From the human T2T-CHM13v2.0 reference genome, Homo sapiens: a stretch of 64,000 bases of DNA. The first letter of the stretch is position 1. Every line of letters starts with the position of its first letter. Shown in pieces: positions 13,500 through 26,830 of the stretch. The notes under the pieces are model-generated. The model worked only from the letters and a program-made list of their open reading frames with translations, searched no databases and was not told where the DNA came from. The stretch lies in the NCBI RefSeq assembly GCF_009914755.1, contig NC_060925.1. One strand, written 5' to 3'. Both the position numbers and the translations under genes were made by a program.

Positions 13500-13588
13500 A
13501 CAAGACAAAGGAAAAGGACAAGACAAAGGAAAAGGACAAGACAAAGGAAAAGGACAAGACAAAGGAAAAGGACAAGACAAAGGAAAAG
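13500..13588. repeat. 18-bp minisatellite (acaagacaaaggaaaagg), ~5 perfect copies
   Basis: Read directly; produces the LVLFLC repeat in ORF 13490-13678. Confidence 0.95.
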
Positions 13589-13854
13589 TTTCTGGGGACA
13601 GCAAATTGTGGGAAGGCTAATAAATGGCAGATAAAAGCTAGTTGGGAGGGGTTGTTTCATAGATTCCTCTGATGCCATCTCCTGGCTGTTAATTTTTGTC
13701 TTTCTTGGTGTGGGGAGGAGGACACAATTGTCTTTTGTACATCTATCTCCTGCTTTTAGGCAAATTGAGGAAAGGTAGGTAACGTTTTCTTTATCTGCCT
13801 CCTCCCAGTTGCACTCAGTTCAAAACAATTTTTATGTTAAAGAGATATATTTTT

Positions 13855-15083
13855 GTAAGCAATGAGAAAAGGACTCCCTATTTTATAAATGGTGCTGGGA
13901 TAGCTGACTAGCCATGTGTAGAAGAATAAAACTGGACTCCTACATTTCACCATACACAAGAAATTAACTCAAGATGAATTATTTACATGGAAGATGCCAA
14001 ACTGTAAGAATCCTACAAGAAAACCTAGGGAATATTATTCTGGACATCAGCCTTGGGAAGGAATTGATGACTCAGTCCTCCAAAGCAATTGCAACAAAAC
14101 CAAAAATTACCTAATTAAATTAAAGAGCTTCTGTAAAGCAAAAGGAACAATCAACAGAGAAAACAGACAACCTACAAAATGGGAGAAAATGTTCACAAAC
14201 TATGCATCTGACAAAGGTCTAATATCCAGAATCCATAAGAAATTTAACTCAAAAAGCAAAAAACAAATAACCCCATATAAAAATGGGCAAACAACATGAG
14301 CAGCCACTTCTCAAAAGAAAACACACAAGTAGCCAACGAATGTGAAAAAATGCTCATCATCACTAATCATCAGAGAAATGCAAATCAAAATCACAGTGAA
14401 ATACCAGAATGGCTATTATTAAAAAGTAAAAAAAAAAACAAAAAAACCAGATGCTGGCAAGGCTGTGGAGAAAACAGAATGCTGTTGGTGGGAATGTCAA
14501 TTGGTTCTGCCACTGTGAAAAGCAGGTTAGAGATTTCTCAAAGAACTTAAACAGAGCTACCATTTGACCCAGCAATCCCATTGCTGGGTATATATCCAGA
14601 GGAAAAGAAATCATTCTACCAAAAAGATACATGCACTCATATATTCATTGCAGCACTATTCACCATAGCAAAGAAATGGAATGGTAGACTGAATAAAGAA
14701 ACTGTGGTTCCTATATGCCATGGAATACTATGCAGCCATAAAAAATAATGAAGTCATGTTCCTTTGCAGCAAGATGGATGCAACTGGGGGCCTTTAATTA
14801 ATGCAGGCACAGAAAACTAAACACTGCATGTTCTTACTTATAAGTGGGAGCTAAACAATATGTACACATGAACATAAAGATGGGAACAACAGATGCAGGG
14901 ACTGCTAGAGGGCAGAGAAAGGGAGAAGGGAAAGGACTGAAAAACTAACTGCTGGGTACTATGCTGTGTCTGGGTGACAGGATCAATCATACACCAAACC
15001 TCAGCATCATGCAATATACCCAGGTAAGAAACCTGCACATGTACACCCTGAAACTAAAATTAATGTTTAAACTATTTTTAAAA
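13855..15083 (+). mobile_element. 5'-truncated older L1 (late L1PA/L1PB-like) 3' end
   Basis: ORF2 C-terminal peptides ([24 protein letters not shown]) and an L1 3' UTR. Confidence 0.9.
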
Positions 15084-15617
15084 AGAGACTTCTTTTTGGA
15101 TGGCATATTTTGGTTTTTTCCACTTTCAGTTTCTTTTTAAAAAACATGTTTTAATTTTTATGCAATTGGTCCTAACAGTTTTTGATTTACACAATTTGTT
15201 GCCTGCTTGGGACATAACATTTTAGTACATCCATATGTTCATTGTAGATTCAATCTTTAATCAATAAAATTGTCCTGTTTTGTCAGTTTTGTTGTTATCT
15301 CAAAATTAAATTATATTGAATTTTTCTAATTTAATTTTTAAAAATGTTTTCTTTTCTTTCTTTAATTGACTGTATTGTTTGTTTCAAACAGGCTGTATAA
15401 ATTTGAGTTTAGTTTTTTTTTACCCTAGCCTATGACATGCCTTTTTCTATTAATTGGAGCACTCATCCCTTAAGTGATTGATGTATTTATTTCACTCATA
15501 TTTATAATCATCTATGAGCAATCATTGTGTGCCTATACTGACATGATTTGTCTTAATTCTTTAACTTTATTTTCATTATTTTACTATTTATTCCTTTATT
15601 TGTTACTTGAATTTACT

Positions 15618-15882
<265 letters not shown>

Positions 15883-16121
15883 CTTTTATTATTTAAGTGC
15901 CATTGTTGTTCTTTCTTCTTTGCCCTTTTCTTCATAAACTATTTTCTTTTAGCCTTTTAGGGATCCAGTATTTGAGAAGTAATTTAGGCTGCACATTAGT
16001 TCTTTTTTTTTTTTTATCACTGTTAGTAACTGATGGAGTGACATATTTAATACCCATTTTTAAAATTTTGATTCCTTTCCAATGTACACAAATAGGTCTT
16101 GTGATTATTAAAACCTTTTTC

Positions 16122-16838
16122 TTTTTTTAATTATTATTATACTTTAAGTTTTAGGGTACATGTGCACAATGTGCAGGTTCGTTACATTTGTATACATGTG
16201 TCATGTTGGTGTGCTGCACCCATTAACTCGTCACTTAGCGTTAGGTATATCTCCTAATGCTATCCCTCCCCCGTCCCCCCACCCCACAACAGTCCCCGGT
16301 GTGTGATGTTCCCCTTCCTGTGTCCATGTGTTCTCATTGTTCAATTCCCACCTATGAGTGGGAATATGCGGTGTTTGGTTTTTTGTCCTTGAGATAGTTT
16401 GCTGAGAATGATGATTTCCAGCTTCATCCACGTCCCTACAAAGGACATGAACTCATCCTTTTTTATGGCTGCATAGTATTCCATGGTGTCTATGTGCCAC
16501 ATTTTCTTAATCCAGTCTAACATTGTTGGACATTTGGGTTGGTTCCAAGTCTTTGCTATTGTGAATAGTGCCCCAATAAACATACGTGTGCATGTGTCTT
16601 TATAGCAGCATGATTTATAATCCTTTGGGTATATACCCTGTAATGGGATGGCTGGGTCAGATGGTATTTCTAGTTCTAGATCCCTGAGGAATCGCCACAC
16701 CAACTTCCACAATGGTTGAACTAGTTTACAGTCCCACCAACAGTGTAAAAGTGTTCCTATTTCTCCACATCCTTTCCAGCACCTGTTGTTTCCTGACTTT
16801 CAATGATCGCCATTCTAACTGGTGTGAGATGGTATCTC
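16122..16838 (-). mobile_element. Young L1PA 3' end (~0.7 kb), 365 bp upstream of the OR2G2 ATG
   Basis: 'ttattattatactttaagttttagggtacatgtgcacaa' and a near-consensus ORF2 C-terminus (CTRMFIGALFTIAKTWNQPKCP). Confidence 0.95.
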
Positions 16839-17202
16839 GAGACTCCCTTTTTCTGTAACTTGAAATACATTAATATAAAAGGGGAAATTTATTTTAAAGG
16901 AAGGGTCAAATTTATTTCCTGCAAAAGATGATGATGTTTCCTAATGTCTGCTCTTGCTCTTCTCTGCTTCGGAAAGCATTGAAGAACAGCTAAGATATTT
17001 GAAGGATGTGTATTGCATTTATTTATAATGCACATATTCGGAAAATAAATAGATCTAAGTCACTGGATGTAAAGACATAGCTTCTAAGCATTTAACATAC
17101 AATACTTTTTTGGGTAGGCAGGTGACATTGTCACTCATTTAACCCTATGTGATGTGTTATCTTTCTCAGCTATGCCTCAGCCTTGGGGAACACACTTTAC
17201 AT

Positions 17203-18156
17203 ATGGGGATGGTGAGACATACCAATGAGAGCAACCTAGCAGGTTTCATCCTTTTAGGGTTTTCTGATTATCCTCAGTTACAGAAGGTTCTATTTGTGCT
17301 CATATTGATTCTGTATTTACTAACTATTTTGGGGAATACCACCATCATTCTGGTTTCTCGTCTGGAACCCAAGCTTCATATGCCGATGTATTTCTTCCTT
17401 TCTCATCTCTCCTTCCTGTACCGCTGCTTCACCAGCAGTGTTATTCCCCAGCTCCTGGTAAACCTGTGGGAACCCATGAAAACTATCGCCTATGGTGGCT
17501 GTTTGGTTCACCTTTACAACTCCCATGCCCTGGGATCCACTGAGTGCGTCCTCCCGGCTCTGATGTCCTGTGACCGCTATGTGGCTGTCTGCCGTCCTCT
17601 CCATTACACTGTCTTAATGCATATCCATCTCTGCATGGCCTTGGCATCTATGGCATGGCTCAGTGGAATAGCCACCACCCTGGTACAGTCCACCCTCACC
17701 CTGCAGCTGCCCTTCTGTGGGCATCGCCAAGTGGATCATTTCATCTGCGAGGTCCCTGTGCTCATCAAGCTGGCTTGTGTGGGCACCACGTTTAACGAGG
17801 CTGAGCTTTTTGTGGCTAGTATCCTTTTCCTTATAGTGCCTGTCTCATTCATCCTGGTCTCCTCTGGCTACATTGCCCACGCAGTGTTGAGGATTAAGTC
17901 AGCTACCAGGAGACAGAAAGCATTCGGGACCTGCTTCTCCCACCTGACAGTGGTCACCATCTTTTATGGAACCATCATCTTCATGTATCTGCAGCCAGCC
18001 AAGAGTAGATCCAGGGACCAGGGCAAGTTTGTTTCTCTCTTCTACACTGTGGTAACCCGCATGCTTAACCCTCTTATTTATACCTTGAGGATCAAGGAGG
18101 TGAAAGGGGCATTAAAGAAAGTTCTAGCAAAGGCTCTGGGAGTAAATATTTTATGA
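17203..18156 (+). CDS. OR2G2: Olfactory receptor family 2 subfamily G member 2, 317 aa
   Basis: Intact 954-bp ORF from MGMVRHTNES. OR motifs FILLGFS, GN, PMYFFL, DRYVAVCRPLHY, HFICE, KAFGTCFSHL and LNPLIYTLR. Confidence 0.92.
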   Translation: MGMVRHTNESNLAGFILLGFSDYPQLQKVLFVLILILYLLTILGNTTIILVSRLEPKLHMPMYFFLSHLSFLYRCFTSSVIPQLLVNLWEPMKTIAYGGCLVHLYNSHALGSTECVLPALMSCDRYVAVCRPLHYTVLMHIHLCMALASMAWLSGIATTLVQSTLTLQLPFCGHRQVDHFICEVPVLIKLACVGTTFNEAELFVASILFLIVPVSFILVSSGYIAHAVLRIKSATRRQKAFGTCFSHLTVVTIFYGTIIFMYLQPAKSRSRDQGKFVSLFYTVVTRMLNPLIYTLRIKEVKGALKKVLAKALGVNIL

Positions 18157-19419
18157 TTATTAAAAAAAAATTTAAGTGACACTGTGATGAATTTTTTTTT
18201 GGTAAAAAGTAGCATCTTTTAATAAGAGGATTTTTTATGGGCTCTTCTCACATTTTCTTTTGATTAAATATTTGTACGACATTTTGCATTATGTAAAATA
18301 CTATGGAATATATGTCTACATACATACATGAAACATATGTCTATAAAGTCGCAACTTGGCCATTACCCAGTAGCAGTATAAGGTGAGTCCTTTAGTCAAT
18401 CTATGCTTCAGTGCCTTTGCTGCAGAATATATCATTTGTGTAGTACATTTGAAACTACTTTTAAATAAATACTTTACTGGATTAAGATAGGCATGAACAT
18501 ATTCAAGAAATGTTTATGTCAGCCAGCTTTTTTTTTTGGTTGCTAATAACGCATTAATCTCTGAGCCTTCCTGTAGATGGACACATAGCTTATTCCCTTC
18601 CAAGAATGTAGCTGAGATGCATGCGTGTTGATCAAGCTGTAATGAGGCAAATTTTTAAATTGCACCCTATATGCCATCCTCTTAACATGTGGAAGAGATG
18701 TGTAGACATGCAAATACAACACAAAGACAAAGGGCACACTTTAAAGTTGATGTGGAAAGTAGATGAAAGCCCAGTTCTCTGGTTGTGTAGTTGCATCAAG
18801 AAATAGTTTGAACTGCCTAACACTGGAGTCTCAGTCTACAGAAAAAACACAGCTGTAAAATTTTCTATGGCTCGCATGGATACACAAATAATAACACATT
18901 GTTATTATATCTGCATTTCTGTATATGAAACATTTTCATAATTTTGAGATATATCTTCCAGATAAAACCTTAACCAAATTGTTTAAATTATTTGCACTAA
19001 AATACTGAACTTCATTTCCCATGGCTTCACTCTAAATGGCCCATACCATTCTTTTTCTGGAAATAAGGAATTTTTGCATTTTGAGTCTAGAAAACGTTGT
19101 GTGAACTCATGGTATTATACTTCCTATTTCACTGCATTATAGCAGGCATTGGGTTGTATACTCTGTAGTAGGAAACTATGTCCTCTGTTCAAACTTACAT
19201 CAAAATAAATAAATGAATTCAGTGAGATGAGGAAGGATATTGTAGAAGGGTCTTTTAAGTCCAAATGTGGTGATCATTTTAAATATAGTATTAAACGTTA
19301 GAGAATGAGTTGTTGTTTATAACTCTTCAGAAGCAGAGGCATAATTAGTAAGATAATGCACTGTATGTCTTCTGTCCTTTGAGTGTCTATCCTTTCAGTG
19401 TCCCTCAGTTGTTTATTTA

Positions 19420-19976
<557 letters not shown>

Positions 19977-20951
19977 CTAAGGCAATGCTGTCAAGATATC
20001 AGCTGGAGCTTTATCTTGACCTTCCAAATCTGGTTAATATGGTTCTGTATCCAACCAATTATAGTGCCTGCTGTTTTCCAAACTCTCCCAAACTTCCCAA
20101 AATTTTCTGAGGGCTTTTATTTTTAGAGTAACTATGATCTTTTGCTCTTTATAAAACTCTCATGAGTTTAGAACACTTTAAATAAGATTATGTTTTAAGC
20201 AGAGATAACACAGATGTGACAGAGCATGCACTGAAAGCATTTGAATCTTCCTTATCGTTCTTTTTTCTTTATGCTGGCCCTTCAATCCCTTTCCAGGAAC
20301 ACCACATTCTTCTCCAATATTAGAAGCAACAATCTCTCTTCCTGCAATATTTTGACACCAACAAGTACCCTGACTTTGAAAAATCCAATTTGTAAGCTGA
20401 CAAACTTCAAAAATATGCTTACAAACATAGGCAGATTTCTCTTGAGTACTACCAAATGGTACTATGGTACTATGGTACTTTGTCAAGTGACAAAGTTCCT
20501 CCTTATGTTGCCAAAATAAAAATAATGCTCTATCATTGTTTGCTGTGGATTTTTAGTAAATTATGCCTAATGCTTTTAAACTATATTGGATAAAATATTT
20601 GTAGAGTAAGTAGGATCTGTAGCTATAAAAATTTTATATTGGAACTTCACTTTCTAATCAATGATACTTTTTCAAAAGAAGACTTGCATAAAGTGGGATT
20701 TCTATTTATGTTTATTTTGTCACCTTTCATGGAGACATATACTTCATACATTAATAAGTTTGCTTATCAAATGTAAATTAAGCTTGCCCTGGGAACTGGG
20801 ATCGGAATATTGGAATCGTAGATTATAGTGCAACAAGGATGCAATTAAACAGGCACTAACAATAAAATGAGTTAAGACTTGGGTTAGGAAAGGAACAGTG
20901 ATGGTGAAGTACATGCAATATAAGAATATCCCCCATTTTTGGAGATGAAAA

Positions 20952-23900
20952 TTTTTTTTTCTTTTTTTAAAAATTTTACTTTAAGTTCTGGGATAGGTGT
21001 ACAGAACATGCAGGTTTGTTACATAGGTATACATGTGCCATGGTGGTTTGCTGCACGCATCAACCCGTCAGCTAGGTTTTAAGCTTCACATGCATTAGGT
21101 ATTTGTCTTAATGCTCTCCCTCCCCTTTCCCCCAATCCCCTGACAGGCCCTGGTGTATGATGTTCCCCTCCTAGAGTCCATGTGTTCTCACTGTTCAACT
21201 CCCACTTAAGAGTGAGAACATGTGGTGTTCGGTTTTCTGTTCCTGTGTTAGTTTGCTGAGGATGATGGTTTCCAGCTTCATCCATGTCAAAGGACATGAA
21301 CTCATCCTTTTTTATTGCTGCATAGTATTCCATGGTGTATATGTGCGACATTCTCTTTATCCAGTGTTTCATTGATGGGCATTTGGGTTGGTTCCAAGTC
21401 TTTGCTATTGTAAATAGTGCTGCAATAGACATATATGTGCATGTGTCTTTATAGTAGAATGATTTATAATCATTTGGGTATATATCCAGTAATGGGATTG
21501 CTGGGTCGAGTGGTATTTCTGGTTCTAGATCCTTGAGGAATTGCCACACTGTCTTCCACAATGGTTGAAGTAATTTACACTCCCACCAACAGTGCAAAAG
21601 CATTCCTATTTCTTCACATCCTCTCCAGCATCTGCTGTTTCCTTTTTTTTTTTTTATTTTTGAGACAGAGTCTTGCTGTGTCGCCCAGCATGTAGTGCAG
21701 TGGTGCGATCTTGGCTCACTGCAATCTCCACCTCCCGGGTTCACGCCATTCTCCTGCCTCAGCCTCCCAAGTAGCTGGGACTACAGGCACCTGCCACCAC
21801 GCCTGGCTAATGTTTCGTATTTTTAGTAGAGATGGGGTTTCACCGTGTTAGCCAGGATGGTCTTGATCTCCCGACCTCATGATCTGCCTGACTTGGCCTC
21901 CCAAAGTGCTGGGATTACAGGCATGAGCTACCACACCTGGCCTGTTTCCTGACTTTTTAATGATTGTCATTCTAACTGGCATGAGATGGTGTCTCATCGT
22001 GGTTTTGATTTGCATTTCTCTAACGACCAGTGATGATGAACTTTTTTTCCTATGTTTGTTGGCTGCATAAATGTCTTCTTTTGATGGGGTTGTTTGTTTT
22101 TTTCTTGTAAATTTAAGTTCTTTGTAGATTCTGGGTATTAGACCTTTGTCAGATGGATAGATTGCAAAAATTTTCTCCCATTCTGTAGGTTGCCTGTTCA
22201 CTCTGATGATAGTTTCCTTTGCTGTACAGAAGCTCTTTAGTTTAATTAGATTCCATTTGTCAATTTTGGCTTTTCTTGCAATTGCTTTTGGTGTTTTAGT
22301 TATGAAGTCTTTGCCCATGCCTATGTCCTGAATGGTATTGCCTAGGTTTTATTCTAGGGTTTTTATGGTTTTAGGTTTTAGGTTTAACTCTTTAATCCAT
22401 CTTGAGTTAATCTTTGTATAAGATGTAAGGAAGGGGTCCAGTTTCTGTTTTCTGCATATGGTTAAGCCAATTTTCCCAGCACCATTTATTAAATAGGGAA
22501 TCCTTTACTCATTGTTTGTTTTTGTCAGGTTTGTCGAAGATCAGATGGTTGTAGATGTGTGGTGTTAATTCTGAAGCCTCTGTTCTTTTTCACTGGTCTA
22601 TATATCTGTTTTGGTACCAGTACCATGCTGTTTTGGTAACTGTAGCCTTGTAGTATAGTTGGAAGTCAAGTAGCATGATGCCTCCAGCTTTGTTCTTTTG
22701 GCTTAGGATTGTGTTGGCTATATGAACTCTTGTTTGGTTCCATATGAAATTTAACATAGTTTTTTTCTAATTCTGTAAAGAAGTCAATGGTAGCCTGATG
22801 GGAATAGCATTGAATTTATAAATTACTTTGGATAGTATGGCCGTTTTCACAATATTGATTGTTTCTGTACATGAGTATGAAATTTTTTTCCATTTCTTTG
22901 TGTCCTCTCTGATTTCCTTGAGCAGTGGTTTGTAGTTCTCCTTGAAGAAGTCCTTCATGTCCCTTGGAAATTGTATTCCTAGGTATTTCATTCTCTTTGT
23001 ATCAATTTTGAATGGGAGTTCACTCATGATGTGGCTCTCTGCCTGTCTATTGTTGGTGTATAAGAATGCTTGTGATTTTTACACATTGATTTTGTATCCT
23101 GAGACTTTGCTGAAGTTGCTTATCAGCTTAAGGAGTTTTTGGGCTGAGATGATGGGGTTTTCTAAATATACAATCATGTCATCTGCAAATGTAGACAGTT
23201 TAACTTCCTCTCTTCGTATTTGAATATCCCTTATTTTCTTATCTTGCCTGATAACCCTGACCAGAACCTCCAATACCATGCTGAATAGGAGTGGTGAGGG
23301 GGGCATCCTTGTCTTGTGCCAGTTTTCTAGGTGAATGTTTCCAGCTTTTGCCCATTCAGTATGATATTGGCTATGGATTTGTCATAAATAGCTCTTATTA
23401 GTTTGAGATATGTTCCATCAATGCCGAGTTTATTGAGAGTTTTTAGCATGAAGTGGTGTTGAGTTTTATCAAAGTCCTTTTCTGCATCTACTGAGATAAT
23501 CATGTGGTTTTTGTCATTGGTTCTGTTTATGTGATAAATTATGTTTATTGATTTGCATATGTTGAACCAGTCTTGGATCCCAGGGATGAAGCCGACTTGG
23601 TTGTGGTGGATAAGCTTTGTGATGTGCTGCTGTATTTGGTTTGCCAGCATTTTATTGGGGATTTTTGCATCAATGTTCATCAGGGATATTGGCCTGAAAT
23701 TTTCTTTTTATGTTGTGTCTCTGTCAGATTTTAGTACCAGGATGATGCTGGCCTCATAAAATGAATTAGGGAGGAGTCTCTCTTTTTCTGTGGTTTGGAA
23801 TAGTTTCAGCAGGAATGGTACTGGCTCCTCTTTGTACCTCTGGTAGAATTCAGCTGTGAATCTGTCTGGTCCTGGGCTTTTTATGGTTGGTAGGCTATTA

Positions 23901-24112
23901 ATTACTATCTCAATTTCAGAACTCATTATTGGTCTATTCAGGAATTCGACTTCTCCCTGGTTTAGTCCTGGGAAGGTGTATGTGTCCAGGAATTTTTCCA
24001 TTTTTAAAAAATTTTCTAGTTTATTTGCATAGAGGTGTTTATACTATTCTCTGGTGGTAGTTTGTATTTCTGTGGGATCAGTGGTGATATCACCTTTATC
24101 ATTTTTTATTAT
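20952..24112 (-). mobile_element. 5'-truncated L1PA (~2.9 kb of ORF2 plus 3' UTR) with a nested Alu
   Basis: RT motif [12 protein letters not shown] and multiple ORF2 fragments in the ORF track. The 3' end lies at ~20952. Confidence 0.95.
21643..21942 (-). mobile_element. AluY/Sc-like element in the L1
   Basis: Full-length Alu with 'gggttcacgccattctcc'. TSD tgtttcct. Confidence 0.93.
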
Positions 24113-24558
24113 GTCATATTACCTAACTTCAAACTATACTATAAGGCTACAGTAACCAAAATGGCATGGTACTGGTACATAAACAGACACATAGGCCAGT
24201 GGGACAGAATAGAGAACCTAGAAATAAATTCACGAACCTGCAACTATCTGATCTTCAACAAAATCAATAAAAATAAGCAGTGGGAAAAGGACTCCCTAGT
24301 CAATAAATGGTGCTGGTATAACTGGCTAACCACATGCAGAAGAAGGAAACTGTACCCCTACGTTTCACCACATACAAAAATTAAATCAAGATTAAAGACT
24401 TAAATGTAAGTTCAAACTATAGAAATCCTAGAAAAAACCCTAAAGAACACCATTCTGTACATCAGTCTTGGCAAAGAATTTATCACTAAGTTCCCAAGAG
24501 CAATTGCAACAAAACAAAACATTTACAAGCTGAACCTAACTATACTAAAGAGCTTCTG

Positions 24559-24589
<31 letters not shown>

Positions 24590-25815
24590 TTACCAACAGG
24601 GTGAACAGACAATCTACAGAGTGAGAGAAAATATTCACAAACTGTGCATTTGACAAAGGTCTTATATCCAGAATCTACAAGGAACTTAAATCAACAAGCA
24701 AACCACCCCCCCAAAAAAATCCAATTAGAAATGGGCAAAGGACATGAACAGACATGTCTCAAAAGAAGACATATGAGCAGCCAATAAACATGAAAATGTG
24801 GTCAACATTACTAATTATCAGAGAAATGTAAATCAAAACCACAGTGAGGTACCATCTTATACCAGTCAGAATACTGATTATTAAAAAGTCAAAAAACAGC
24901 AGATGCTGGTGAGGCTGTGGAGAAAAGGGAACGCTTATACACTGTTAGTGGGAATGCAAACTAGTTCAGCCACTTCGAAAGCAGTTTGGAGATTTCTCAA
25001 AGAACTTAAAATAGAGCCACTATTTGACCCAGCAATTCCACTCCTGGGTATATACCCAAAGGAAGATAATTCATTCTATCCAAAAGACACATGCACCTGT
25101 ATGTTGCAACGCTATTTATACTAGCAAAGACATGGAATCAACCTAGGTGCTCAAGCAGAGGATTGGATAAAGAAAATGTGGTAGACATGTGATATACAAT
25201 GAAATACTAGGTAGTTACAAAAAATAATAAAAATGTGTACTTTACAGCAACATAGTTGGAGCTAGAGGCCATTATCCTAAGTGAGCTAATGCAAGAACAG
25301 AAAACCAAAGATTGCATGTTCTCACTTATAAGTGGGAGCTAAACACTGAATACACATGAGGTAGGAATTGAACAATGAGAACACATGGACACAGGAAGGG
25401 GAACATCACACTCTGGGGACTGTTGTGGGGTGGGGGGAGGGGGGAGGGATAGCATTGGGAGATATACTTAATGCTAGATGACGAGTTAGAGGGTGCAGCG
25501 CACCAGCATGGCACATGTATACATATGTAACTAACCTGCACATTGTGCACATGTACCCTAAAACTTAAAGTGTAATAATAATAATAAATAAATAAATAAA
25601 TAAAGTTAGGAACAATGGATACTGGGGACCAACAGATGTGGAGGGAGGAAGTGGGCTATTGGCTGAAGAACCACCTGTTGTATATCATGCTCACTTCCTG
25701 GGATGGAATCACTGGGACCCCAAGCCTTAGTGTCATGCATTTTACACGTCATGCCTTTTACCCATGTAACAAACCTGTACTTGTTCCCTTTAATGTATGA
25801 TAAAAGTTGAAATGA
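24113..25815 (+). mobile_element. Older L1 3' portion with a young L1PA 3'-end fragment (~25360-25603) nested in its 3' UTR
   Basis: [15 protein letters not shown]...WYWY peptides. Nested 'gaattgaacaatgagaacacatggacacagg...aaaacttaaagtgtaataataat'. Confidence 0.88.
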
Positions 25816-25899
25816 TTAGTTATTAGAATGGTGAGTTTTTTGTTGTGTATATTTTATCACTTTATATTTTATTTTACATATATGCTTATATACATATAA

Positions 25900-26220
<321 letters not shown>

Positions 26221-26459
26221 TACATATACGTTTTAAAAATTAAAAACAGGCTATGAATTCAGAGGGGAAAGAGTTCAGGAAGGAAGTCTAAAAAATACAG
26301 TGATTATACAAGAGGTTGAACATATGAAAAACTAACAATTTCAATATGTCAAATAACCTCCCAAGTGACTGTAGTACAAAGATCACCAGACTCAGAAGAA
26401 TAGTTTTGAATTTCAGTCCTAACTCTTTTATACCTAGTAGATAAAGTTATTGACAGTTA

Positions 26460-26830
26460 CATCAAAGATGGGCCTAAATTTCTAGCTTGCATAATTGGAT
26501 AATAGTGACATTATTCACTTTTACAGCAAACAAAATGGAGAGAGCAAGGGTTTAGATTTGAACACAGTGCATTTGAGGTGTCTCACCTAGTGGAGATGGT
26601 AGTTTCAAAATAGGATACATGAATCTAGTCCTCAGTAGAGAAATCTACACATAATTAACATAGCAATAAGCATATAGTTTCCGATAAGAGAAAATTTAAT
26701 TTGTTAGAAGATCAGTCCCGCTGGACTGGGACTGATGAATCCAACCATTAAGGGCTTAAGAGAGTAAGAAGAGATTGCAAAAGAGACAGTTATTCTAGGC
26801 ATTTGTTATGATAGCTTTAATATAAAGTAT
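26460..26830 (-). mobile_element. Ancient L2-like fragment
   Basis: Degenerate 'tttctagcttgcataattggataatagtg...tttgaggtgtct..cctagtggagatg' pattern. Confidence 0.5.

Larger units (their letters stand above)
13225..15128 (-). mobile_element. MER34-like ERV1 solo LTR, interrupted by an L1 (13855-15083)
   Basis: Left end 'gtaggggaggagaag'. Resumes after the L1 as 'ggatggcatattttggttttttcc'. Degenerate TSD aaagaga...tttttg. Confidence 0.6.

Noticed and set aside
13343-13588. Short direct repeats resembling a CRISPR array
   Set aside because: No unique spacers, no cas genes, and the DNA is human; these are minisatellites.
17149-17202. 18-aa N-terminal extension of OR2G2 in the ORF track
   Set aside because: The track starts at GTG. 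The in-frame ATG at 17152 lies before a likely acceptor (ctttctcag, 17169), while ATG 17203 gives the standard distance to the NES sequon.
20952-25815. Twin-priming inversion at ~24112, where L1 orientation flips
   Set aside because: Each side has its own 3' end, they overlap in ORF2 coordinates and they differ in age, so they are two independent insertions.
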